Source: a virus | Taxonomy: Duplodnaviria; Caudoviricetes | DNA length: 64,000 bases | Reading direction: 5' to 3' (one strand) | IMG/VR virus record: IMGVR_UViG_3300013212_000088 | Location: 197,425 to 261,424 of that record | Shown: one piece after another, positions 10,304 through 20,858 of the stretch | Numbering within the stretch: the first letter of the stretch is position 1 | How the letters are laid out: the number at the start of each line of letters is the position of its first letter | Position numbers and translations under genes: made by a program | Notes under the pieces: generated by a model | Seen by the model: only the letters and a program-made list of their open reading frames with translations | What the model was told of the DNA's origin: nothing | Databases searched by the model: none

Positions 10304-11542
10304 TTAAACTAGCTTTGCAATATCTTCTAAACTTAGTCCAACATCATCATCATCGTCATCATCATCTTCATTAAGATCAGGATTAGATTCATCTGCTGGT
10401 GGCCCTTTAATAATTGCAGCTGTTAGATCTGCAAGAGGCTTGCCTACTACTTTAATTCTTCCACAGATGTATTCAAAAGCTGTGGCTGAATTATCTCCAC
10501 GAGTTTTCTTTTCAGGAGCTGGTTGTTTTTGAAGAAGTTTGCAGAACTCATATGGATCTTTAGTTTCTAATACTTCACCAGTGTTAGGGCAGACATAGCT
10601 GAACTTCTTTCGAATTTCCTTGATGTATTCAAAACCCTTAGCCTTAGCCTTAAATAAAAACTCGTCTACTAGATTTGTTGTTTCATCATTAGTAAACATA
10701 ATTTTAAACTCGCCTATTTGACCAGGCTGTCCATATCGAGTTTTCATAACAACAATTTTGGATTTACCACCAATGATAACATCTTTGCCTTCAGCATCCT
10801 TTTTGGTTACTTGGCCAGCTGCACCATTAATTTTGTTAATCCACAGCCTCATATGGGTAAAGTAATTCATTGCATTACCACCTGTAGCTGTCTTTGCCAT
10901 TGTTCCAGGCATAGCTCCAGCACCCATATATAGTTGGTTAATTAAAACAACAATCGTTCCAGTTGATGCTGTTTTTGCAGTTAGATCTTTAGCTAACCTC
11001 TTGACAAATCTTGCATGAAGACCAATTGTCTGAACTTGTTCAAGAGTTTTAGCAAGTTCATCCTGAGGAATCATTGCCGAAATGGAGTCAACTACAATTA
11101 ATCCATATTCTCCACTCTCAACAAAAAACTTTATCAACTCACCATACTTTTCAGCAGAGCCAACATTTTCAACAAGTAATAACTTGGAAATATCAACTCC
11201 ACAAGAAATTGCCCTTGGTGGATAATAGCTGTTCTCAATGTTAAAGAAAGCACAAGCCTTTCCTTTTTCCTGGGCTTGAGCAATTAGCTTATAAGCAAGC
11301 CAAGTCTTTCCTGATTGAGATTCACCACAGAACTCTACCAAGGTTCCAGTAGGAATACCCATACCTTCGCCCAAGATGGCATCAACCTCAAAAACACCAG
11401 TAGAAATAAATTCAGCTGGTTCTTGTTCCCCGTTTGTAACGGCTTTTTCATCAATTCCTAATGACTTAAGCTTTTGTTTTAAAAGCTTTTGATGCTCATT
11501 AGAAATCATGCTCAAATTGTCTGATTCGCTTTTTCTTGCCAT
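10304..11542 (-). CDS. recA: RecA/UvsX-like recombinase
   Basis: ISTG, Walker A GESQSGKT, VVDSI, INQ, GGNA motifs. Confidence 0.9.
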   Translation of the reverse strand: MARKSESDNLSMISNEHQKLLKQKLKSLGIDEKAVTNGEQEPAEFISTGVFEVDAILGEGMGIPTGTLVEFCGESQSGKTWLAYKLIAQAQEKGKACAFFNIENSYYPPRAISCGVDISKLLLVENVGSAEKYGELIKFFVESGEYGLIVVDSISAMIPQDELAKTLEQVQTIGLHARFVKRLAKDLTAKTASTGTIVVLINQLYMGAGAMPGTMAKTATGGNAMNYFTHMRLWINKINGAAGQVTKKDAEGKDVIIGGKSKIVVMKTRYGQPGQIGEFKIMFTNDETTNLVDEFLFKAKAKGFEYIKEIRKKFSYVCPNTGEVLETKDPYEFCKLLQKQPAPEKKTRGDNSATAFEYICGRIKVVGKPLADLTAAIIKGPPADESNPDLNEDDDDDDDDVGLSLEDIAKLV

Positions 11543-11555
11543 TTTATTCCTTAAA

Positions 11556-11583
11556 AATCAGGATGGCCTGAGCCATCCTGATT
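11556..11583. terminator. stem-loop, putative terminator
   Basis: AATCAGGATGGC-CTGA-GCCATCCTGATT. Confidence 0.65.
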
Positions 11584-11590
11584 GATTAAA

Positions 11591-12559
11591 TTAAGACCAG
11601 CTATCGATGTCATCTTCAGCATCAGCGTCTTCTTCAAAGACTGGTGCTGGCTTAGGAGCAGCAGCCTTCTTCACAGGCTTTACTGGCTCTTCTACATCTT
11701 CATCATTAAAGGTCTCAACCTTAGGAGGCTTAACCACAAATGTAGTGGTCTCAGGCTCTGAACGTGAGTAGTCATTTGAATTAGCTGTTCTAATTGGCGT
11801 ATGCTTGAAGATCTTTGAGAGATCGAAGCCATATGCAAAGTAGTCTTCCCATGGTGGCATAGATGGATCACTCTTGGCTTCCTTTTCGTACTTAAAACGC
11901 TCAGTCTTAAGTTCGTCAGCAGATGGCTCTCCAGCCTTGCGAAGCATTTCAAGCATTTCATCTGTAATTTTGATAGTCTTAACAGATGAAACATTTACTT
12001 CATATTCAACTGACTTAGGAGCTGGTTGACCAGTGGCATTTGCTGTAATTCTAACTGGGAAAGAATTACGAGTTCCAAGGTGGAAAATGAAAGCATTGCG
12101 CTCATCTTCATCGAGGTCTTCCATATCCTTAAGGCGACCATTCTGCCACTTTGCCAATTCCTGGAAAATAGACTTACCCTTCTTGAGGACCTTAGGCACC
12201 CAAGTACCATCTTCTTGCTGCTCAAGACAATTTTGAGCAAACTGAAGCGAAGAGATATAACCCATCTTCTTCCAAGGGCATTGATCAGGATCATCATGAC
12301 CAATTCGGGTCATAGACTTATTGATTTCTGCATCAGGAAAAGGAAGCTTCTGAGTCTTGCCCTTCTGACCTGGAACATAGACCTTGTCTTGATACTCAAG
12401 AAAAACTACAGGGTCACCAACGAGACGGAGCTTGCGCTCTACTTTAGGGCTGTCTCTGACAGACAGATTAACGAGGATTTCTCCAAGCTTCGGGAATGAC
12501 GATGAAGAAGTTAGTGGCTTCATATTCATCATCTGGGCAGTTGACATTCGTCTAAGCAT
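11591..12559 (-). CDS. putative ssDNA-binding protein (gp32-like)
   Basis: acidic tail ending EEDADAEDDIDSWS; next to recA; GGAG SD favours the ATG at 12559 over the TTG at 12574. Confidence 0.6.
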   Translation of the reverse strand: MLRRMSTAQMMNMKPLTSSSSFPKLGEILVNLSVRDSPKVERKLRLVGDPVVFLEYQDKVYVPGQKGKTQKLPFPDAEINKSMTRIGHDDPDQCPWKKMGYISSLQFAQNCLEQQEDGTWVPKVLKKGKSIFQELAKWQNGRLKDMEDLDEDERNAFIFHLGTRNSFPVRITANATGQPAPKSVEYEVNVSSVKTIKITDEMLEMLRKAGEPSADELKTERFKYEKEAKSDPSMPPWEDYFAYGFDLSKIFKHTPIRTANSNDYSRSEPETTTFVVKPPKVETFNDEDVEEPVKPVKKAAAPKPAPVFEEDADAEDDIDSWS

Positions 12560-12649
12560 TTTAATTTTCTCCAAGAGGGAGTACTATTGACTCCACTGTT
12601 TTAAGTTTATTGTATTTTTTGATATTTCGCAAGGACTAATTGAAATAAT

Positions 12650-13387
12650 TTATAATCTATTATTTCGGGTTTTAATCCCTACTTGATCGGCTTTTCTGAT
12701 CATACCTTTTGGGCCATCAGATTCAACAGCAGAGTTATAAAAATTACTCATACCTTCACTGTTGAAGTTTTGATTAATACGAGCAAGATTTTGTCTTTCA
12801 CGCATTAATCTTTCCAATTGAACAGCACCGAAGTCAATGTTCTTTTGGACATTTTCAAGATACGTTAAGCATCTTTTAGCTACAGTTACCTTGTGTAAAA
12901 ATGGTTGAACAGTAAAAGTAGCAATTGCATCTTTATCATGTTTTGGACCATTTGCCAACTTTACAGCCATTTCTTTTAATGATTTGTGAGCATTGGACAG
13001 TAATTCATGATGCGCATTTACTACATCAATCCACTGAACTAAATATGATCTATATTGTATCATTCTTGCATAAGATGTTGACAACATATCAAAACTAAAA
13101 TTATCATGTTTTGGAATTGAAAAATCCCAAGCATTCATTTCATTTTTTAATTTAGATTCAGTGAAAGGAGGAAGGCTGCCAATTACTTGCTGCCACATTT
13201 CTACTTCTTCTTTAAACTTTTCTTCGTCAATTCCGCTTAAACGATTGACAATATTATGCGAAAAGCTATCTGCACTTATATCAAAAGGATCGTTTTGTGG
13301 AGCCCATTTAATATCAGCTAGAAGTAAATGTGAGTCATTATTCTCTTCTATTTCATCATCAAAAAAATCGCTCATAATATTCCTCAA
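12650..13387 (-). CDS. hypothetical helical protein in replication module
   Basis: 245 aa ORF overlapping the dnaE stop. Confidence 0.6.
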   Translation of the reverse strand: MRNIMSDFFDDEIEENNDSHLLLADIKWAPQNDPFDISADSFSHNIVNRLSGIDEEKFKEEVEMWQQVIGSLPPFTESKLKNEMNAWDFSIPKHDNFSFDMLSTSYARMIQYRSYLVQWIDVVNAHHELLSNAHKSLKEMAVKLANGPKHDKDAIATFTVQPFLHKVTVAKRCLTYLENVQKNIDFGAVQLERLMRERQNLARINQNFNSEGMSNFYNSAVESDGPKGMIRKADQVGIKTRNNRL

Positions 13388-16300
13388 TCAAATAAGTCAT
13401 CAGAAATTAAACTTTTGATATTGCCTCTAAGTTTGATTGGTTGACGAACTTTATTTGTTCTATTTCTCTCAATTATAACATCACTTTCATCAATTTGAAA
13501 TGCTTCTGTTAAAGAAATAGCTGGCTTGAATTTCTTTTTAGCCTCTCTTGCAATTCTTTTATCTTCTTCACTTCTTTCTGCTACAAGAGAGTCGTAGTAT
13601 TCCATAAAGTCTTCAACTAATTCATATCCATGAGAGTCTGGAAGGCAATACAGTGCTCCTGAAAAAGCTAAAGCATCTACCATACCTCTGTTAGGTCTAG
13701 CTCTCATACAAAGGTCTTTACAGTCAACATACGGCTGATGGATAATTATATCTTCTGCTCTTGCTCCTACTCCCTTAATTGAAGACAAAGGAAGCATGAT
13801 CTCATTATTACTATTAACAAGAGTTATCAATCCAGATTCATTTACATTTGCATTTTTGATAACAATTCTTTCCATAGAGCATTCTTTTTTAAGCATAGCA
13901 ACTTTATCTTCATCATCTTTTGCCAGATGAATACAAGTAGCTAACCACTCATGAGGATAGTAATAACGAAGCCAAGCAGTCCAGAAAGACAGAATTGCAT
14001 ATGAACAAGCATGGGATCTATTAAAAGCATAACCTACGAACTTAGACATCAAGCTTAAAACAGAATCTACTGCCTTTTCATCAACGCCCCTGGCTAAAGA
14101 CTTTTGTTTAAATAAATCAGTTACTTCAGCAAACAATTTGTCATTTTTTTTAGAAATAGCCTTACGGAGTTTATCTACCTCATTATGATCAAATCCAGCC
14201 ATATCACGAGCTAATTGCATTCCTTGTTCTTGATAAACCATAATGCTATATGTAACTTCGAGATGTTTTTTAACAATTGGGTCTACATAATGAACTGCAG
14301 ATGGATTCATTTTGCCTTCAGCATATGTGTCAATGTATTCTAACGGTCCTGGTCTATACAAAGAAACAACAGCAATTAAGTCTTCCATGCTTGATGCGTT
14401 TACTTTTCTAAGCGCTTCTTGCATACCTCTTGAAGCAAATTGAAAGACAGAAGCAGTTTTCCCCTTAGCATATATATTTTTGTAAATCTTTGGATCTTCT
14501 AAATCGATATCCTTTCTTACATCAATATCAACGCCTCTGCGCTCTTTGATCATTTTTATAGTGTTGGCAATTTGAGTGAAAGTGTTAAGTCCAAGGTAGT
14601 CATATTTTACTAAACCTACCCTTTCAACATTGAACATATCAAAGCCAGAACACAAGTTGCCTTTTGAGTTTTCAATTGGAGCATGTTGACTTACAGGGTC
14701 TCCACAAATAATTACACCAGCAGCATGAACAGAGAAGTTAGAGATAGTGCCAACAAGTTGTTTAGCAATGTCAATTTCTTCTTTCCAGAATCTATAGTGG
14801 TTAGCAAATTCAGAACTATCTTTAAGCGCAGTATCAATTGTAATATCAGGAACCTTAGGAATAGAGCCAGACACTTTTAAAGCTTCATGATGTACTTGTG
14901 ATCCATATTTTTCAATAAATCTTTCAGATGTCTTCAAAGCCCCAACAACTGCTGCTTTTGCACCATATGTACCCCAAGCACCAATTTGAGCAACATGATC
15001 AGCTCCAAATCTTCCCACAGCCCAATCGATAACTTCAGATCTACGTGATGCATCAATATCTGTATCAACGTCAGGAAGAGTTGCTACCTTAGATATAATT
15101 AACTCACCTTCTGGCTCTTTTTCGCAAATGCCTAGTATATGAGCAGTCCAAAGGTTACTGTCATTATGTTTTGATTTAATACCCTTATTAGCCAAGTCAC
15201 AAACATATGATGCAAGACCTTGATTTTCTAAAACCCAAATCTCTTTTAATATATCTGGCTCATGTTTTGCATATTCAAGATTTTCACCAAGCCAAGTCTT
15301 GCATGCTTTTGTGATTGCTTTTGAATATGCAACTTGATCTTGCTTACCTTTATCAGCCAGCCACATTTTTGATGGATAGTCATAGATGTCAATTTGGTAT
15401 TGAGTTCCACGACCAGGATTCAAAAAGCGCTCAAACATCAAGTTCCATCGAATTGGATCAACAGAAGAAACATCTAAACAATAATTTACAAGTGAACCAA
15501 CTCCAGATCCACGAATCCCATAGTAAATATTTTGGGACTTCATAAAAGCGACCATTTCGTTTTGGATAAGGAAGTAGTCAGTTACACCCATGTACCAGAT
15601 CTGAGATAATTCAGACCTAAGCCTTTTCATATATTCTTTGTTTTTATCAAGACCAAGATTCTTTAATCCAGAAAATGCACGGTAAGCTAAATATGCTTCA
15701 TTTGCACTGTTATATGCCAAATTACTCTTCCAAAATGTCTTAAACTCTGGGTCATTTATTGGAATGTTTGCTTTAGGAAGAATGTGTTCTACATCTATCT
15801 TGAAGAAATCATCTACCATTTCTGAAATGAGAACACTATTTTTAAGTGCTGCAGGAACGGTGGAAAAAATCTTATTCATTTCCTCATAAGATTTTAGCCA
15901 GAATTGGTGTGTGCCATAAGCTTCTTTCTTGCCATTCTTTTTTGCAACACCGGAAGAAGCTTCTCTCTGATCTCTCATTTGAATTAAGACATCATGTAAT
16001 CTCCAGTCAAGCTTATCTAAATAGTGAACGTCATTGGAAGCACATAAAGGGATATCATATTTATTAGCTATATTAATTAAATGGTTGAGGTTATTCTTTT
16101 GCTCATCAATTCCATGATATTGAAGCTCCATAAAGTATCTATCACCAAAGACATTTTTAAATCTTTGCGCAACAGTTTCAGCATGTTCTATATCTTGCTT
16201 CATTAATGCTTGATTTACTTCAGAAGCTAAACAACCTGAAAGGGCTATAACTCCTTCTGAATGCTCTTGAATGCAGCCCCAATCAATACGAGGAGAATAG

Positions 16301-16680
16301 TAGAATGCGTTTGGATCATTGCCAAGAGCTGACAGTGCAAGAAGATTTCTATAGCCAGTTTCATTCTGTGCTAAAAGTGTAAGATGGTTTAATTTTCGTC
16401 TCTTTCCATCTTCAGTTTTAGACTTATCAAATCTATCTTCACAGGTATAGACTTCAATTCCAATGATAGGCTTAATTGCAGCTACATTATCAATAGGATT
16501 TCTGCAGCCATTGACAAACTCTACTGTTCCAGACATTTTTCCATGGTCAGTAATAGCAGTAGCACGAAAACCCATTTCTCTTGCTTTTTTGGCATAATTT
16601 GTAGGGGATGGCAAAGCATCTTGAACCGAGAAATGGGTGTGGGCATGTAAATGCACAAAGTCTTTATTTGAACTACACAT
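13384..16680 (-). CDS. dnaE: DNA polymerase III alpha subunit (C family) with intact PHP domain
   Basis: HLHAHTHFS, TDHG, SNDVHY (PHP); RGSGVGS, PDVDTD, HAAG, KYDYLGL, YAFNRSHA. Confidence 0.97.
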   Translation of the reverse strand: MCSSNKDFVHLHAHTHFSVQDALPSPTNYAKKAREMGFRATAITDHGKMSGTVEFVNGCRNPIDNVAAIKPIIGIEVYTCEDRFDKSKTEDGKRRKLNHLTLLAQNETGYRNLLALSALGNDPNAFYYSPRIDWGCIQEHSEGVIALSGCLASEVNQALMKQDIEHAETVAQRFKNVFGDRYFMELQYHGIDEQKNNLNHLINIANKYDIPLCASNDVHYLDKLDWRLHDVLIQMRDQREASSGVAKKNGKKEAYGTHQFWLKSYEEMNKIFSTVPAALKNSVLISEMVDDFFKIDVEHILPKANIPINDPEFKTFWKSNLAYNSANEAYLAYRAFSGLKNLGLDKNKEYMKRLRSELSQIWYMGVTDYFLIQNEMVAFMKSQNIYYGIRGSGVGSLVNYCLDVSSVDPIRWNLMFERFLNPGRGTQYQIDIYDYPSKMWLADKGKQDQVAYSKAITKACKTWLGENLEYAKHEPDILKEIWVLENQGLASYVCDLANKGIKSKHNDSNLWTAHILGICEKEPEGELIISKVATLPDVDTDIDASRRSEVIDWAVGRFGADHVAQIGAWGTYGAKAAVVGALKTSERFIEKYGSQVHHEALKVSGSIPKVPDITIDTALKDSSEFANHYRFWKEEIDIAKQLVGTISNFSVHAAGVIICGDPVSQHAPIENSKGNLCSGFDMFNVERVGLVKYDYLGLNTFTQIANTIKMIKERRGVDIDVRKDIDLEDPKIYKNIYAKGKTASVFQFASRGMQEALRKVNASSMEDLIAVVSLYRPGPLEYIDTYAEGKMNPSAVHYVDPIVKKHLEVTYSIMVYQEQGMQLARDMAGFDHNEVDKLRKAISKKNDKLFAEVTDLFKQKSLARGVDEKAVDSVLSLMSKFVGYAFNRSHACSYAILSFWTAWLRYYYPHEWLATCIHLAKDDEDKVAMLKKECSMERIVIKNANVNESGLITLVNSNNEIMLPLSSIKGVGARAEDIIIHQPYVDCKDLCMRARPNRGMVDALAFSGALYCLPDSHGYELVEDFMEYYDSLVAERSEEDKRIAREAKKKFKPAISLTEAFQIDESDVIIERNRTNKVRQPIKLRGNIKSLISDDLFD

Positions 16681-16727
16681 TTTAACTCCTTACTAGCGCC
16701 ATCAAAGATAGTCATTCACTAGTTGTT

Positions 16728-17564
16728 TTAAATGGTTCTTAATTTTATTAAGTTTTTAGAATCTGAAGTTTTCCATTCAGTATTCTTGTGTTTATGATAC
16801 CTTGCCGGAAGTAATAGTTCAAAGTTCTTCTGAACTGTTTTACTCAAAATATCAGGACGGCATTTAAGCGGTAATCTATCAAAATCTTTAATTATATAAG
16901 AATTAGGCAGTTGCTTAATCATAAAATAATTGTTGTCAATCTTTTTAATTTTGTATGCAGCTGAATTATCTTGAATTGATTTTGATGCCATAACCCCAAG
17001 AATGTTTTTAGAAACGGAAACTTTTTCAGTGTTAGTTTTATATTCTAAAAATGCACACTCTTTGATTGCATTTCTTACTGTATTTTCACTTTGACCTATA
17101 TTTTCTTGAATTGAGGCTAAGCTGATTGGTCTATGATCTACATACCGACCTGCAACACAACCAATTAGAAGATTTTTGATATTTTTGCTATTCTTATATC
17201 CATTTGCATTAAAGTAAGTGAATGGAATAACAACAGGTTCAGAACGAGCAATTTTTGGAGAAAGCCTTAGTACTATCTGCTTAAAACTGAATAAACCAAC
17301 AGTTTTACAGCCATTTTTACCTTTAGGCTCTCTCCAGTATTTTCCAATGCCCTTATTAATTTTTGAATAGGCGAAAGTGCTTTTCAATCCTAATACTTTT
17401 TCACAAAGCTTTAAGATATCACCCATCCATATAATTCCAGAGCCAGAAGAATCTATTTTTTTAAGAATACTCCAGATAATAAAAATATCTGATTCATTAT
17501 TCTTTAAAGCTTCTGCAGCAAGTTCTGGATAAAGTATTAAACAATTACAAGTCTGAATTCTCAT
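16728..17564 (-). CDS. hypothetical basic protein, possibly DNA-binding
   Basis: 278 aa Lys-rich ORF in replication operon. Confidence 0.55.
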   Translation of the reverse strand: MRIQTCNCLILYPELAAEALKNNESDIFIIWSILKKIDSSGSGIIWMGDILKLCEKVLGLKSTFAYSKINKGIGKYWREPKGKNGCKTVGLFSFKQIVLRLSPKIARSEPVVIPFTYFNANGYKNSKNIKNLLIGCVAGRYVDHRPISLASIQENIGQSENTVRNAIKECAFLEYKTNTEKVSVSKNILGVMASKSIQDNSAAYKIKKIDNNYFMIKQLPNSYIIKDFDRLPLKCRPDILSKTVQKNFELLLPARYHKHKNTEWKTSDSKNLIKLRTI

Positions 17565-17826
17565 TTTGCACTAAGTTCCAAACGTAAGCCAAGCGTTCAA
17601 TCTCTCGTTCCGCTCCAGCTCTTACTAGGAACTTAACTATATCAGATTCACTTAAATTAGGGTAGGCATTAGAAAGTAAAGATTTTGCAAAGTAAAATCT
17701 CTTAGCACCTTTACCAGTTAAAATTACATTGACAGCCACTTCTTTGGGGCAGTTTTTCATTGCCTTACTTAACTGTTCTGTTATCTCTGAAACTGGCGGC
17801 TTTTCCCAAATATCTTTTTCATCCAT
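17545..17826 (-). CDS. hypothetical protein
   Basis: 93 aa ORF overlapping its neighbours. Confidence 0.55.
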   Translation of the reverse strand: MDEKDIWEKPPVSEITEQLSKAMKNCPKEVAVNVILTGKGAKRFYFAKSLLSNAYPNLSESDIVKFLVRAGAEREIERLAYVWNLVQNENSDL

Positions 17827-18472
17827 TTTGTAATCTTTCTTTTATCTTTCTATTTAGATTTTTCCAAATGATGTTTAATTTCTTATCATCATTTACTAGT
17901 ATTGCATCATCCACAGCTTTATAAATAGATTCTGACCATTTTAATTGCTTTGGGTCATATTCCACATTATTCTCAAAGTTTTTAATTCTTTGAGCAATTG
18001 AAAATAAAAACCTTACTTCACTCATACCACCAGGCAAATTAGTTTCTAAAGATCTATTCAAAAACTCATCAATGGAAAGATTGATTTCCTTGAGTGCTTG
18101 CTTCATTCCTAATTCTGAAGTTTCTGTTTCTATTCCAGAGTAAACACATAACTTTTGAATAGTCTCGTAAAAGTTTAAGCCCTCTACATTTTGAATTAGG
18201 TTGACTATATTTCCACTAGCACCACAAGCAAAACAATTATAAAAATTACCCTCAATATTTATTCCAAAAGAAGGGCTTGAATCATTGTGGTTAGGCATTA
18301 AACAATTTGTCTTTACCCATCCATTACCAGATGGATACAACATAAGATCATATTCATCCTCAACAAACTCAGCCATATTTACTTCTTCGATAAGCTGATT
18401 AATAAGGGCTTTGGAAAATTTCTTCCTAAGCCCTGTTTCTTCTTTAAAGTGTGATGAATATACTTTCTTCAC
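17819..18472 (-). CDS. stand-alone primase CHC2 zinc-binding domain protein
   Basis: CLMPNHNDSSPSF...YNCFACGASGN...EGLNFYETIQKL. Confidence 0.88.
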   Translation of the reverse strand: MKKVYSSHFKEETGLRKKFSKALINQLIEEVNMAEFVEDEYDLMLYPSGNGWVKTNCLMPNHNDSSPSFGINIEGNFYNCFACGASGNIVNLIQNVEGLNFYETIQKLCVYSGIETETSELGMKQALKEINLSIDEFLNRSLETNLPGGMSEVRFLFSIAQRIKNFENNVEYDPKQLKWSESIYKAVDDAILVNDDKKLNIIWKNLNRKIKERLQNG

Positions 18473-20103
18473 TAAAGACTCCAGCTAGAAAGATCAAGCT
18501 CCATATCTATACTGGTATCAATTTGAGGTATTTCTTCATCTTCTTCAATTGATGTTGGTAATTCTCCTACAGGTACAGAAGGCATTGCATTTTTCTTGGG
18601 AGGAGTGCTGTCTTTTGTAGAACTTACTGGAAGACCATTAGACATAGCATGCATAGCCAAAATCTGCAGTTGTTCTTCTTCTGCAAGCTCTCTTACCTTA
18701 TTGTACTCTGGTTCCATTCTTACAGGAAACGGAGTAAAATAAGCGTCTCTCATTTTGACAGGGTGAAAAATACAATATCCTTGCTCTTTGTTAGGTTCCA
18801 TAGCAATTGCATAAGTACAAAGGTGCATCAATACTTGTCCACCTGAAACTGCTGCTTGATCGTAAGACATAAACTTATTAGCTTCTTTCGCCTTACGTGC
18901 ATCTCTGATTGTTTCACGATTAATCTGCTGCGCTGTAATAATTGGAATATTATATCTTTTGGCCATTTTAAATAACTCTTGAACAGCTTTAGATTGTAAT
19001 TCATAATCTTTAGCATTTTGAGGAGCATTACGAATGGTCATGTTTCCAATATAGTCAACTACAAGAAGATCTGGCTTACCTTTTGTAGCAATTAAATCTC
19101 TTATTCTAGAATCAATATAATCTGGAGTAGGATCTTCCATATTGACATCATATTCAAAATATGGTCCATCCTTTTTAGATTGCATCTTTTCTATAAGTTT
19201 ATTTAATTCTTGCTTACTCAATTCAACATTTTTAAGTTGGTTGTAAGGTATTTCGTATTGCAGAGAAATATGCCTCAACATACAAAGCCAAGAGTTCATT
19301 TCAAAAGACATGTAAAGCACATTCTTCTTTGCCACTGTGTTAGCATGTACAGCAGCATTCAGAAGCATTACAGACTTACCACCAGAAGAAGGGGCTAAGA
19401 ATACAATAATTTGGCCTGGTAAGAATCCAAAAGTTCTATTATCGATATTCTCTAAACCACAAGGTATCCCATGAAATAATTCTGGTTGTTGTACTCTTTT
19501 TGTGTATTCTTCCCTAAAATATTCAGCAGATTCAGATACATCAATGTTGTGAATGTCTGAAGCAAACTCATTCATCTGTTCATTGATTTTTTCTAATTTG
19601 TCTTGAATGATATTAACAGCACCAGAAACTCCAGTGGTTTCTAATTCGTTGAGACCATCAGCAAACATATCTTTTAATATTCTCAAACAATGTCTATTTT
19701 TGATTTGATGTATGACTTCATGTAAATTGTTTGGGTCTGTGTCAACACTTTCAATATCTGCCCATAAAGTCATCAATCTACCTCTACCTTTGTCTGGGAT
19801 TGCTTCTTCTACAATCTTAGACTCAAGGACAAATGAGGTAAATAAAGACCCACCACTTACTTTGTAATAATCTTTGATATAAGTGAAAATCTTTTTAGTC
19901 ATGGAGTTTTTGTAATTGCCTTCAACAAATACAAAATGTTCTTCACTTACTCCAGATGTTAAGGATTTTTCTATAGCCTTTGCATCACTTACAAGATGGG
20001 CTAATAAAGTAATTTCAAAATCTTCCTGATTGTTTTTCATGTCAATTACCTTATAGTTTGCGGGAGACGAATTATCAAGCAATGTCTCAGCAAAGATTGC
20101 CAA
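18472..20103 (-). CDS. dnaB: replicative helicase, DnaB family
   Basis: Walker A APSSGGKS, SFEM, VVDYIG, AQQINRE, KMR. Confidence 0.92.
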   Translation of the reverse strand: MAIFAETLLDNSSPANYKVIDMKNNQEDFEITLLAHLVSDAKAIEKSLTSGVSEEHFVFVEGNYKNSMTKKIFTYIKDYYKVSGGSLFTSFVLESKIVEEAIPDKGRGRLMTLWADIESVDTDPNNLHEVIHQIKNRHCLRILKDMFADGLNELETTGVSGAVNIIQDKLEKINEQMNEFASDIHNIDVSESAEYFREEYTKRVQQPELFHGIPCGLENIDNRTFGFLPGQIIVFLAPSSGGKSVMLLNAAVHANTVAKKNVLYMSFEMNSWLCMLRHISLQYEIPYNQLKNVELSKQELNKLIEKMQSKKDGPYFEYDVNMEDPTPDYIDSRIRDLIATKGKPDLLVVDYIGNMTIRNAPQNAKDYELQSKAVQELFKMAKRYNIPIITAQQINRETIRDARKAKEANKFMSYDQAAVSGGQVLMHLCTYAIAMEPNKEQGYCIFHPVKMRDAYFTPFPVRMEPEYNKVRELAEEEQLQILAMHAMSNGLPVSSTKDSTPPKKNAMPSVPVGELPTSIEEDEEIPQIDTSIDMELDLSSWSL

Positions 20104-20858
20104 CCCGATCCTGCTTTTATGTTAAATTGAGAGCCATTAGAAAATAGCATAAATGGTTTGCCAGAGTTTATTCTTGCCTTACATAATCTATCTAATTGCA
20201 TATAAAAATAAGGAGCAAAATATGGGTAATCTTCTATTCCATCAATTACCACAAAATCAAAAGTTTTGAATTTTTCTACTATAGATTCCGTTTGCTCTTT
20301 GTTATTAAAATCGCCTAGTGTTTGACAAAGTTCAGACCAATCAAAGTATTTAGCATTCATATTTAATTTTATTGCTTCTTTAACCATAACAGAGGCAATA
20401 AAAGTTTTTCCTGAACCAACACCACCTTCAAATAGTAAAGAGTGTAATTTGGTTGATTCTCTTTCTGAATGCTTTAAATTAGGAAGATGTCCATTTACTA
20501 TATTTGAAAACTGTTTAACATAGTATGATAAAAGGACATTTACCTTTTCACTGGCTTTCTTTTGTGGCCCTAAATCATTACCTAAAGAATCTGCGTTCGT
20601 ATTCCAATCTAACAATTCTTTAGATATGTAAGCTTGGGGTATGTCAGCTATAGCGTACATTGATTCCCAAAATCTTTTCTTAGTGCATGAACAGAGCGTA
20701 GCCTTGCCAAATGAGTTAATTACATGGCCTAAATAATCACAAGACTCGCACCCTTCACCTGACTGTTTTCTAACTCTCTTTGCTGATTCTTTTAAATCCT
20801 TGACAGTGATATTCATAGATTTTAGAAAATCGTCTTCGCTTGTTTGTTTCTCTGTCAT
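20046..20858 (-). CDS. DnaC/IstB-like helicase loader AAA+
   Basis: CESC...CSC zinc cluster, Walker A GGVGSGKT, Walker B VVIDGI. Confidence 0.8.
   Translation of the reverse strand: MTEKQTSEDDFLKSMNITVKDLKESAKRVRKQSGEGCESCDYLGHVINSFGKATLCSCTKKRFWESMYAIADIPQAYISKELLDWNTNADSLGNDLGPQKKASEKVNVLLSYYVKQFSNIVNGHLPNLKHSERESTKLHSLLFEGGVGSGKTFIASVMVKEAIKLNMNAKYFDWSELCQTLGDFNNKEQTESIVEKFKTFDFVVIDGIEDYPYFAPYFYMQLDRLCKARINSGKPFMLFSNGSQFNIKAGSGWQSLLRHCLIIRLPQTIR

Noticed and set aside
11692-12499. Several overlapping alternative-frame ORFs in the SSB gene
   Set aside because: Explained by the higher-GC, stop-poor codon usage of the main gene; no motifs or SD.
12650-13387. UvsY-like recombination mediator call
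   Set aside because: Only position and helical character support it; no recognisable motif.
15076-15408. Intein in DnaE
   Set aside because: The insert does not start with C/S or end in HN followed by C/S/T, and has no LAGLIDADG or HINT motifs.
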